Part shown: piece by piece, positions 1 to 7,017 of the stretch
Layout: the number at the start of each line of letters is the position of its first letter
Position numbering within the stretch: position 1 is the stretch's first letter
Virus record (IMG/VR): IMGVR_UViG_3300002460_000014
Coordinates: 1 to 37,413 of that record
Direction: 5' to 3' (one strand)
Source of the DNA: a virus
Length of the DNA stretch: 37,413 bases
The notes under the pieces: generated by a model
Seen by the model: only the letters and a program-made list of their open reading frames with translations
Database searches by the model: none
Told to the model about the DNA's origin: nothing
Program-made: the position numbers and the translations under genes

Positions 1-76
1 CCTCCGCCGCGACCGACAAAGCCGGTGGCGAGCTGCGCCTCTCAAGCGGCATCTCGACTGGCACCGGCGGCTCGTT
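1..76. repeat. 76-bp terminal direct repeat, identical to 37338..37413 (circular-closure overlap or terminal redundancy)
   Basis: Read directly: the first 76 bases equal the last 76 bases of the window. Unit length is 37,337 bp. Confidence 0.95.
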
Positions 77-356
77 TGCCACGATCTATACGTTTCCGGC
101 GGGGGCCTCAGGCACGGCGGACAACACGGCAACCGAGCGCCTGCGGGTGGATAGTGCGGGCAACGTCGGCATCGGGACAACTACACCCAGTTCTCTTTTA
201 ACAGTTTCTGCGGCAAATGCCACTACAACAATATCTTTTGGAGGGAGCGCCGTTAAAAAGGGAACTTGTCTTGAAATGTATGATGTTGATGGCAATCCAC
301 AATACGTTCGTATTCAAGGAGGAGCATTTGTAATAAATACACAAAGCTGTAAATAA
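1..356 (+). CDS. tail fibre protein, C-terminal part (continues 36254..37413 across the junction)
   Basis: Frame is open from base 3 to TAA 354-356. It is in frame with the 36254 ORF once the 76-bp overlap is collapsed (1440 nt, 479 aa in total). Contains ...ERLRVDSAGNVGIGTTTPSSLLTV..., a motif common in phage fibre proteins. Confidence 0.8.
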   Translation, partial: SAATDKAGGELRLSSGISTGTGGSFATIYTFPAGASGTADNTATERLRVDSAGNVGIGTTTPSSLLTVSAANATTTISFGGSAVKKGTCLEMYDVDGNPQYVRIQGGAFVINTQSCK

Positions 357-357
357 A

Positions 358-675
358 ATGGATATACTTATTCAACTTAAAACTTTATTATTAGTTATTG
401 CCTCTTTTTTCGGGATTTACCAAACAAATCTTGGTGAAATTATTGATGAAAAGGAATCTATAGTCGCTGTTATTTCAGGTAAAGAATATACGGATACAGA
501 ATACAAAACTTTGAAAACAGAATTAAAAGATAAGATAACCAATAGAAATACAACCAAAATAAATAATGTTGATTTGGATAAGTGGCGCGAAGTTATAAAC
601 TTGGAATTGAAAAAATGCGTTTTAACTAATGTTACTAAGTTGGATATAGATATTATTAACCAAAAGTGTTTATGA
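358..675 (+). CDS. small membrane protein in the lysis cassette (holin/spanin-like candidate)
   Basis: ATG lies 1 nt after the fibre stop. One N-terminal hydrophobic helix (LLLVIASFFGIY) is followed by a charged tail. The stop overlaps the amidase ATG (ATGA). Confidence 0.5.
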   Translation: MDILIQLKTLLLVIASFFGIYQTNLGEIIDEKESIVAVISGKEYTDTEYKTLKTELKDKITNRNTTKINNVDLDKWREVINLELKKCVLTNVTKLDIDIINQKCL

Positions 676-1283
676 ATCAGTTTATAAAAACTAAAAATTA
701 TTCAGAAAGAGAAGGGCAACAGATAAGGGCAGTTGTTTGCCATATTACAGACGGAACTAAAAATTCAGTTATTCAGCATTTTACAAATCCTAATAGTAAG
801 GTTTCGGCACATTACCTCGTAGCGAAAGGGGGTGATATAATACAGTTTTCAGAAGAGCAATTTGCCACTTGGCATGCTGGTATTAAATATAATTCAACAG
901 CTAAGTTAGTTTTAGAAAATCCTACTATTAACTTTAATAAAATAAGCGTAGGAGTTGAGTTTGAGTGTTTCAGTAATCAAGACCTAACAGAAATCCAGTA
1001 TGTAAACGGCGGCAAGCTGATAGGAGAAATCGGTAGGAGGCATTCTTTACAGCTTAATAGAGACAGGATTTTACGCCACAACGAAATCAGAAAATCAAAA
1101 TCGTGTCCGGGAATTGTCAGTGTGGAAAAGCTCATAAGATATGCTCACACGCCTCCGCAGTTGTCGGAAATTGAAAGCATAAAGATAAAAATATCTTTAC
1201 TTCAAAAAATAATGGCACTCTTGAAGTCGCTCGCGTCCTACAAGAAATTAGGGAGTGCCAGCGATGACGAGAGAGGAGAATAA
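672..1283 (+). CDS. N-acetylmuramoyl-L-alanine amidase (Amidase_2/PGRP, T7-lysozyme-like endolysin)
   Basis: Motifs VCHITDG, AHYLV, WHAG, SVGVEFE and RHNEI..KSCPG match the His/His/Cys zinc-ligand pattern. I prefer ATG 672 over the GTG 666 used in the ORF track. Confidence 0.85.
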   Translation: MNQFIKTKNYSEREGQQIRAVVCHITDGTKNSVIQHFTNPNSKVSAHYLVAKGGDIIQFSEEQFATWHAGIKYNSTAKLVLENPTINFNKISVGVEFECFSNQDLTEIQYVNGGKLIGEIGRRHSLQLNRDRILRHNEIRKSKSCPGIVSVEKLIRYAHTPPQLSEIESIKIKISLLQKIMALLKSLASYKKLGSASDDERGE

Positions 1284-1311
1284 TTATTATTAAATAAAGG
1301 AAAATAAATAT

Positions 1312-1509
1312 ATGTCTTTGGATGAAAAGTTAGAATCTGTAAAACAAATTCTTGACCTTTTTCTTAATCAGAAATGTCCTTATAGTCCACACCCAAACGA
1401 CTCTCCTTGTGAAATACATATAAACCAGCAAAGAAAAGAGTGGGAGTTAGATTTTAGAACACATTTGTTAGAGGAAATTAAAAAATTATTATTAAATAAC
1501 GGAAAATAA
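1312..1509 (+). CDS. hypothetical protein
   Basis: 65-aa ORF preceded by aaaggaaaa. Its initiation region is duplicated ahead of the next ORF. Confidence 0.5.
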   Translation: MSLDEKLESVKQILDLFLNQKCPYSPHPNDSPCEIHINQQRKEWELDFRTHLLEEIKKLLLNNGK

Positions 1510-1512
1510 TAT

Positions 1513-1710
1513 ATGTCTCAAACTCAATTAGCCAATATAGCAACCTTCGCGGGGCTTTTGGTTATAGGCGCTAATTACTTTGGTTTTGTTTTAGAACAAA
1601 ATAAAGTAATGTTTATTTTAGCCGCTTTATGGACGACTGGTTGGAATGTTTATAACTACATCCAGCGCTATAAAAAAGGCGACCTGAATGTTCTTGGCGG
1701 CAGAATATAG
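1513..1710 (+). CDS. holin candidate (two transmembrane helices, basic C-terminus)
   Basis: 65 aa with helices IATFAGLLVIGANYFGFV and VMFILAALWTTGW followed by RYKKGD. It lies between the two muralytic enzyme genes. Confidence 0.6.
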   Translation: MSQTQLANIATFAGLLVIGANYFGFVLEQNKVMFILAALWTTGWNVYNYIQRYKKGDLNVLGGRI

Positions 1711-1712
1711 TT

Positions 1713-1862
1713 ATGGAAAAAGAAAAACAATGTTCGCATCGCTCGTTTGAAGCGTTTCAAGGCGGTTGGATTTGCAGTTTCTGTAAAGAGATTTTTACCG
1801 CCGAAGACATAGAAGGAATTATGGTTGAAAGAAGGCAGGGTTTTAGAGAATCTGAAGAGTAG
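1713..1862 (+). CDS. small Cys/His-containing protein (49 aa, below the ORF-track cutoff)
   Basis: ATG lies 2 nt after the upstream stop. Contains C-x-H...C-x2-C. Fills an otherwise empty gap. Confidence 0.4.
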   Translation: MEKEKQCSHRSFEAFQGGWICSFCKEIFTAEDIEGIMVERRQGFRESEE

Positions 1863-1908
1863 TTCTTTTAAAACGTAAAAAGTAAGATTATTCTTAATCT
1901 GAAATTTT

Positions 1909-2250
1909 ATGTTTATTAAAATATTAGTTGTTTTAGTTTTTAGTTTTGTTATTCCAACAATGGCAGACGGCTCAAAAATGCCGTGGAGAACATATTTGGA
2001 TTTTTTCCCAGAACTTTCCGCTATTGTAAAATGCGAGTCAAACTATTCCGTGAACGCCGTGGGCGACCACGGCAAATCTTACGGCATATTTCAGATACAC
2101 CTCCCAGCCCACCCAAAAGTAACAAAAGCTCAAGCGAAAGACCCTTATTGGAGTTTGAACTGGGCTATTGATAAGTATTACAAAGGCGAGATAGGAATTT
2201 GGAGTTGCTGGCATATAGTAAAAGCCAAAGGTATGTTTGTTGATTTATAG
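1909..2250 (+). CDS. secreted lytic transglycosylase (SLT/goose-lysozyme-like) with N-terminal signal or signal-anchor
   Basis: Hydrophobic N-terminus ILVVLVFSFVIPTMA, then CESNYS...GKSYGIFQIH (catalytic Glu plus the G-x-x-Q-I motif). Confidence 0.8.
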   Translation: MFIKILVVLVFSFVIPTMADGSKMPWRTYLDFFPELSAIVKCESNYSVNAVGDHGKSYGIFQIHLPAHPKVTKAQAKDPYWSLNWAIDKYYKGEIGIWSCWHIVKAKGMFVDL

Positions 2251-2322
2251 TCAAATTTCTTAAAATTTGCTTAAAATTAACGATTTAAACGGAGAAGTAG
2301 GCATATCTACCGGCTTGCCACC
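2251..2322 (+). repeat. conserved intergenic motif, copy A (about 70 bp, shared with 8405-8471 and partly with 12606-12650)
   Basis: tcaaatttc..aaatttgcttaa..acgatt(t)aaacg.a.aagtag..ctac(c)ggct aligns by eye at roughly 80% identity with copy B. Confidence 0.7.
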
Positions 2323-2351
2323 AAATGAGCCAATATACACAAAAAACAATA

Positions 2352-2378
2352 AATCACCGAAAGGTGGTTTTTTGTTTG
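2352..2378 (+). terminator. Rho-independent terminator closing the late/lysis transcript
   Basis: aatcacc-GAAA-ggtggtt is a 7-bp stem (one G.U pair) with a GNRA loop, followed by ttttttgttt. Confidence 0.6.
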
Positions 2379-2427
2379 CGTAGATTTGAAAAGTTTTGCA
2401 TAGATTCAGAGTAGTTATGAGTAGATT

Positions 2428-2461
2428 TAAACAAAAAAGCAACTTTCAAACGAGGTTGCTT
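2428..2461 (-). terminator. terminator-like hairpin plus T-tract readable on the minus strand
   Basis: aagcaac (2437-2443) pairs with gttgctt (2455-2461) across an 11-nt loop. The minus strand then reads ttttttgttt. Confidence 0.4.
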
Positions 2462-2741
2462 CTATGTCCATAAAGAAATCTTTATGACAACCAGAAAATC
2501 GTATTTTTAGAAAGCTATTGTCTCCCAAACAGGAAACAGCCTTTTAAAATCACGCGTTCCCCAGTATTTTATTGGCGGTTTTATGTAAAGCAGATGAAAA
2601 CTATTTTTTAAGGTTTAAAAAAACGATTTAGGTTTTTCTGCTTTTTTATATGTTCGCCAATTTTATTATCTCATATTTTAAAAAAGTTGCAACAAAAAGT
2701 TATGCACAGTTGATTTTTGATTTACGGGTTATACTTTATAT

Positions 2742-2957
2742 ATGACTTTTTTAATTCCAAAGAAAAACCCCGGCCGGCCCAAAGTCGCTGAAAAGAAAAT
2801 TAAAGTGTACCAAAGGATGGGAACAGACTATCGTTATGGTTCGCAGTATGAGGAGCTGTTAAAGAACCAAAAGAAGCCACTATTAACTATTCGTGAGATT
2901 TATAAAGATAAGTTTTTAAAATATGAAAAAAGGAACAGATTTCTACTATACAAATGA
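2742..2957 (+). CDS. hypothetical early protein (basic, GRPK motif)
   Basis: First ORF after the control region. TATACT (2730-2735) lies 6 nt before the ATG and there is no Shine-Dalgarno sequence. Confidence 0.55.
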   Translation: MTFLIPKKNPGRPKVAEKKIKVYQRMGTDYRYGSQYEELLKNQKKPLLTIREIYKDKFLKYEKRNRFLLYK

Positions 2958-3396
2958 AGAAATGGTTAAAGATTTATTATCAATAACACCTATTGATGAA
3001 CAGGATGTAGTATTGGACGCGGGTAGTGGAAAAAATAAAGTATGGTTTTTAAATATAAAAAACATATTTAAAAGCGAATGGGAAGTTGAAGATGGAAAGG
3101 ATTTTTATAAATGTAATTTTAAAGTTGATTGGGTGGTAGGAAATCCCCCCTTTCACGAAGGGTGGAAATTTCTTGATAAGGCAAGTCAAATATCAAATAA
3201 AGGAATAGCCTTTTTAGGTAATCTTAATTTTTGGAATAGTTGTTTGCCAAGTAGATTTGAAATCTTAAAAGAAAGAGGTTTTTATTTAAATAAGTTGCAC
3301 ATAGTTCAAGATAAGCGTTGGTTTGGAAGATATTATTATCTTATTTTTACAAAAAAACCAAACAAATTTTTAACTTGGAATACCAAAACATATTAA
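2923..3396 (+). CDS. small DNA N6-adenine methyltransferase
   Basis: Motif I VLDAGSGKN and motif IV VVGNPPF occur in gamma-class order. At 157 aa it has little room for a target-recognition domain. Confidence 0.7.
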   Translation: MKKGTDFYYTNEEMVKDLLSITPIDEQDVVLDAGSGKNKVWFLNIKNIFKSEWEVEDGKDFYKCNFKVDWVVGNPPFHEGWKFLDKASQISNKGIAFLGNLNFWNSCLPSRFEILKERGFYLNKLHIVQDKRWFGRYYYLIFTKKPNKFLTWNTKTY

Positions 3397-3399
3397 ATT

Positions 3400-3591
3400 A
3401 TGAAAAAAGAAAAACTGATAAAAGAAAGATTAAGAATAAAAAGAATGACGGCTAATGAAGTAGTTGGTTTGCCAGAGTGTCTGAAAAAAAGAGCAGTGGT
3501 TTTTAATAACCACCACTATATCAGAATAAAGTGGGTTCAGAGCTATATTGATTTTATAAAAAAAGAAATCCAAAAGAATATCAAAATATGA
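3400..3591 (+). CDS. hypothetical protein
   Basis: 63-aa ORF whose stop overlaps the next ATG (ATGA). Confidence 0.6.
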   Translation: MKKEKLIKERLRIKRMTANEVVGLPECLKKRAVVFNNHHYIRIKWVQSYIDFIKKEIQKNIKI

Positions 3592-3800
3592 AAAAATACC
3601 GACACTTTAAATTTACAACTAAAGATTTTGAAGATTACGCTTTAGTGGAAAATTTATCTTCCGCTTGTGATTTTTACAGTAAAATTTATCCTGGAGTAAG
3701 GGGTGCGGTCAAAGAGTTTTGGATGGACGAATTTTCAGAAAGCAAAAACCCAAACAAAAGAATACACGATCGCGGTAATAAAGTAGTAACGATAAATTAA
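3588..3800 (+). CDS. hypothetical protein
   Basis: 70-aa ORF translationally coupled to the upstream ORF. Confidence 0.6.
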   Translation: MKKYRHFKFTTKDFEDYALVENLSSACDFYSKIYPGVRGAVKEFWMDEFSESKNPNKRIHDRGNKVVTIN

Positions 3801-3839
3801 AAATGAACAGATTGAGGGAAAACTTGTATAGATTTAGGT

Positions 3840-3848
3840 TGTGGATAA
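3840..3848. promoter_or_regulatory. perfect DnaA box (TGTGGATAA = reverse complement of TTATCCACA)
   Basis: Exact 9-mer inside the repeated 13-mer ttgtggataactc, in the intergenic region upstream of the replisome-organizer gene. Confidence 0.6.
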
Positions 3849-3905
3849 CTCTTGATTTGCGATAGTTTTTATTTTTGATATAATTAAAGTAATGAAAAAT
3901 TTAAT

Positions 3906-3914
3906 TGTGGATAA
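3906..3914. promoter_or_regulatory. perfect DnaA box, second copy, same orientation
   Basis: Same 13-mer ttgtggataactc, 66 bp downstream of the first copy. Confidence 0.6.
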
Positions 3915-3935
3915 CTCAATAAGATTATTAAATTC

Positions 3936-3991
3936 AAGCGGAACTTCTTTTGGCTTACCACAATTAGCCTATTCATTAAGGAGTTCCGCTT
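3936..3991. repeat. 10-bp perfect inverted repeat in the putative origin region
   Basis: aagcggaact (3936-3945) and agttccgctt (3982-3991), separated by 36 nt. Confidence 0.7.
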
Positions 3992-4007
3992 TAACTTTGT
4001 AATAAAT

Positions 4008-4178
4008 ATGATAACAGATTTAAGAAGACAAAAAAGAACAATTAAAATTGATTTAGAAATAACCAATCCTTTATTTAATTTAGATGGTTTGATTGATAAC
4101 TTGGTTAGTGATTTAAAAATTATTTGCGAACAAAGAAATTCACCAGAAGAATTAAAAATAAAAATATTTTTAGAATAG
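4008..4178 (+). CDS. hypothetical small protein (56 aa, below the ORF-track cutoff)
   Basis: ATG-to-TAG ORF ending 1 nt before the ATG at 4180. More plausible than the overlapping AT-rich minus-strand ORF 3884..4186. Confidence 0.45.
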   Translation: MITDLRRQKRTIKIDLEITNPLFNLDGLIDNLVSDLKIICEQRNSPEELKIKIFLE

Positions 4179-4179
4179 T

Positions 4180-4923
4180 ATGGCACAACGAAGAATGTTC
4201 ACAAAATCAATTACTAATTCCAGCGAGTTTTTAATGATGCCCCCAACTGCCCAGTTGCTTTATATCCACTTTGGAATGAATGCCGATGACGACGGCTTTT
4301 GCGAGATATTCCCAATTATGAGAATGACAGATAGCAAACCAGATGATTTAACAATATTAAAAGCCCGAAAATTTGTTAAGATTTTTGATGATAAAGTTCT
4401 TTTAATAACCAGCTGGAGAGAACACAATTACATAAGACCAGACACTTTTAAGCCGTCAAAGTATCTTGAGATATACAAAAACGAGCTTAAGTTATTGGCT
4501 AAAGAAAGCGAAAAGCCCCGTAGACGGCTCGTAGACGGCACGTCGACACAAGATAAGATAAGTAAAGATAAGATAAGTAAAGATAAGATAAGTAAAGATA
4601 ATACTACTACTAACGTAGTAGCAGGAAAACCTGTGGAATATGGCAACCAAGACATAAACTTTCTTATAAGCTACATAAAAGAAAAACTTTCTCTTAACAA
4701 GTTAGACGGCTCCGAAAAAGAAAACCGCCGGTTTGCTTTCTTGGCTATTAAAAAGTTCGGCTCAAAGGAACGGGTTGCCGAGTTAATTGATATTGCGGCG
4801 GGCGACAAATTTTGGTCGGCGCAAGTTTCAAGTATGAAACAGATTTATTACAACGGAGTTAAAATAGCATTATCATTAAAAAGTAAACTAAAAAACTATG
4901 TCGAATACGAACGAATTAAGTAA
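4180..4923 (+). CDS. phage replisome organizer / replication initiator (SPP1 G38P-like N-terminal domain)
   Basis: N-terminus RRMFTKSITNSSEFLMMPPTAQLLYIHFGMNADDDGFCE matches the replisome-organizer N-domain signature. Contains the tandem repeat (DKISK)x3. Confidence 0.75.
   Translation: MAQRRMFTKSITNSSEFLMMPPTAQLLYIHFGMNADDDGFCEIFPIMRMTDSKPDDLTILKARKFVKIFDDKVLLITSWREHNYIRPDTFKPSKYLEIYKNELKLLAKESEKPRRRLVDGTSTQDKISKDKISKDKISKDNTTTNVVAGKPVEYGNQDINFLISYIKEKLSLNKLDGSEKENRRFAFLAIKKFGSKERVAELIDIAAGDKFWSAQVSSMKQIYYNGVKIALSLKSKLKNYVEYERIK
4551..4601 (+). repeat. 15-bp tandem repeat agataagataagtaa, 3.4 copies (iteron-like), inside the replication gene
   Basis: Units at 4551-4565, 4566-4580 and 4581-4595, plus a partial unit. 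Preceded by gtagacggc twice (4520-4528, 4531-4539). Confidence 0.85.
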
Positions 4924-5188
4924 GAACAATTGGATCGTTGTCATACAAGGCGGAGTTCGTCTTTACGTTGATGATGACGGGAAAAAGTTTTTTGAGAACG
5001 TGATAACGAATAGCGTAAATTTCGTTAAATTTGAAGAAGAGATTTTTAGGGGCAGTTCGGTTATGTATATCGTTAAACCAGAACGACTTGAGGAGGGCGA
5101 CAATATAAGGCGAGGTATGTGGAGGTGTAAAGAAAAAGGTCATTGGAACGATAAAGGGGTAACTAAATGCGTTGGTTGTTATTGGTAA
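4898..5188 (+). CDS. hypothetical protein
   Basis: 96-aa ORF overlapping the end of the upstream gene. Confidence 0.6.
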   Translation: MSNTNELSKNNWIVVIQGGVRLYVDDDGKKFFENVITNSVNFVKFEEEIFRGSSVMYIVKPERLEEGDNIRRGMWRCKEKGHWNDKGVTKCVGCYW

Positions 5189-5192
5189 AAAT

Positions 5193-5588
5193 ATGAGACC
5201 AACTACTATAAAAAAAGAAAAAAGAAGTTACTCGTTAAAATATTATTACAAAAATGCTGTAAAATTAAGAGATCGTGCTTTAAAGTATTATCATAATAAT
5301 AAAGAAAAATGTAATAGAAGGCATATGGTTTGGAGAAATAAATTAAGAGATGAAATAATTATCAAATTCGGTAATAAATGTAAGAGATGCGGGTTTAATG
5401 ATAAAAGAGCGTTACAAATAGACCATGTAAATGGTGGGGGATGCAAAGAAACCAATGGACTTTCACCAGCTACTTTTTATAAGAAAGTTTTAGCCAATAA
5501 AAATGGAAAATATCAACTTCTATGTGCTAACTGTAATTCGATTAAGAAATTTGAGAATAATGAATTAGGTAAAAAACTTTATTTTTAA
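5193..5588 (+). CDS. HNH endonuclease
   Basis: CKRCGF...LQIDHVNGGG...LLCANCNSIK. I prefer ATG 5193 over the TTG 5172 used in the ORF track. Confidence 0.75.
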   Translation: MRPTTIKKEKRSYSLKYYYKNAVKLRDRALKYYHNNKEKCNRRHMVWRNKLRDEIIIKFGNKCKRCGFNDKRALQIDHVNGGGCKETNGLSPATFYKKVLANKNGKYQLLCANCNSIKKFENNELGKKLYF

Positions 5589-5607
5589 AATTGTTACTAT
5601 TAAACCT

Positions 5608-5904
5608 ATGAAAAAAACACAAACAACATATCAGCCGGCGCCAAACTACTACGATTTCAAAGCGAATCTCCAGTGGAAGTCCAAAGTTTTAGATTTTGAG
5701 CGAGAGTTTTTAGCTTTTGAAGGAAACTTTGAAGAGTTTTTAATCCACAAACAAGCTAATAACGCTGATATGGTGAATTACCGACAACTGCTAAACTCAC
5801 TCAATTACTTGCGTTTTTTACGGAGTCGCGCTCAAAAATATGAGAGTGCTCAATTAAATCTTAGTGGTGAAATAGATATTTCAAAAATTAACTTTGAGTT
5901 ATGA
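5608..5904 (+). CDS. hypothetical protein
   Basis: 98-aa ORF whose stop overlaps the next ATG. Confidence 0.6.
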   Translation: MKKTQTTYQPAPNYYDFKANLQWKSKVLDFEREFLAFEGNFEEFLIHKQANNADMVNYRQLLNSLNYLRFLRSRAQKYESAQLNLSGEIDISKINFEL

Positions 5905-6341
5905 AAAGAGAAACATTCGGCGATAAAATTAAAAAGATACTGAAAGACAATGGTTATTCTTATCGGGTAAAAGTATATCCGAAAAAAGAAGGAGTGATGA
6001 ACCGCGCGGGCAAAAAGGTTTTTCAAGATTACGACAAAGTTGTTATTTATGCAGGCAGAAGCATTGAGAAGATAGCTCAAAAGCGAAGTATGAAATTAGT
6101 AGCTTGGAAAGAAAATGGTGTTTGGCAGGGTGATTTGGATGTCGTGGAACAACAAGGCGGAAAAGGCGATAGTATTTACTTGAGAGATTATCACAACAAA
6201 ACCGAGCCATTAAAGTATGTGATGTTTAGTGATTGTGATTGGAATGATGATGAAGAATACGCCAAAAATAAAATGCTAAAGATAATGGAAAATTGGAGGT
6301 TTCAAGAAGTAGAAAGAGGAAAATTAACCCAAGGGGATTAA
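5901..6341 (+). CDS. hypothetical protein
   Basis: 146-aa ORF, translationally coupled at both ends. Confidence 0.65.
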   Translation: MKRETFGDKIKKILKDNGYSYRVKVYPKKEGVMNRAGKKVFQDYDKVVIYAGRSIEKIAQKRSMKLVAWKENGVWQGDLDVVEQQGGKGDSIYLRDYHNKTEPLKYVMFSDCDWNDDEEYAKNKMLKIMENWRFQEVERGKLTQGD

Positions 6342-6808
6342 TGAAAAAACAAAATAACAACTTAAAAAGAATTACCAATTTTTTAGAAGCTATGGATTGG
6401 GCTTTTGAACTTAATAATTTTAAAAGAACTCTCTTAAATAAGGAACTACAGCCCGAAGATTGCCCCGATTTAACGGCTGAAGTAGTGCCGGATATGACCT
6501 ACAAAGAATTGACGATAAGATTATATCCCAATTTTTGGACTTTACCTTTACAAGACCAACGCAAAGCATTGCTTCACGAATTAGTCCATACTTTGATTCA
6601 AGATACTAAAATGATTGCCAATGATTTATTAAACGCCAAGTTTCGTAGTTTGGAAGAAATAAAAAATGCGAATGAAAAAGCGACTTCTTCAATCACGCAT
6701 TTGTTGGATAATTTGCTAATTGGGAATCTTAAATACGCCAAAAAAGCATATAAGGATTATATGGAAATAAAGAAAAAGAAGAAGTTGACAAAACAAAAGC
6801 GAGTATAG
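6341..6808 (+). CDS. hypothetical protein with HExxH motif (LLHELVHTL)
   Basis: ATG 6341 overlaps the upstream TAA (TAATG) and is preceded by aagggg. The ORF-track start at 6293 is less likely. Confidence 0.6.
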   Translation: MKKQNNNLKRITNFLEAMDWAFELNNFKRTLLNKELQPEDCPDLTAEVVPDMTYKELTIRLYPNFWTLPLQDQRKALLHELVHTLIQDTKMIANDLLNAKFRSLEEIKNANEKATSSITHLLDNLLIGNLKYAKKAYKDYMEIKKKKKLTKQKRV

Positions 6809-6825
6809 TAGAATACAGATAGTTT

Positions 6826-7017
6826 ATGTTTACTAAAGAAACCAATAAAGAGGTATTCGCCAAAGGCGGGAGAACCACTTTTGCTAAATATGGCAAGGAT
6901 TATATGAGTTTAATCGGCAAAAAAGGTGGTAGGCCTGATTTCGCCAAGCGTTTGAAAAGAGAACTTGAAAAACAGGGTGTGGATAAACCGACTATTGCTA
7001 AAGAAAAGCGAGTATGA
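6826..7017 (+). CDS. small KGG-repeat (stress-protein-like) protein
   Basis: AKGGRTTFAKYGKDYMSLIGKKGGRPDF contains two KGG-type motifs. The gene is bracketed by about 27-bp direct repeats. Confidence 0.5.
   Translation: MFTKETNKEVFAKGGRTTFAKYGKDYMSLIGKKGGRPDFAKRLKRELEKQGVDKPTIAKEKRV

Noticed and set aside
86-295. 69-aa minus-strand ORF at the start of the window, and its twin at 37165..37401
   Set aside because: Both lie antisense to the GC-rich segment of the tail fibre gene. High GC suppresses stop codons on the opposite strand. The sequences are Ala/Pro/Val/Arg-rich shadow frames with no start context.
1983-2171. 62-aa alternative-frame + strand ORF inside the transglycosylase gene
   Set aside because: It is wholly nested out of frame within a gene that has clear catalytic motifs, and there is no start context.
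3884-4186. 100-aa minus-strand ORF in the origin region
   Set aside because: It is an AT-rich, low-complexity translation (I/L/K/S/F) spanning the DnaA boxes and inverted repeat. It is antisense to a well-placed 56-codon + strand ORF, and every other gene is on the + strand.
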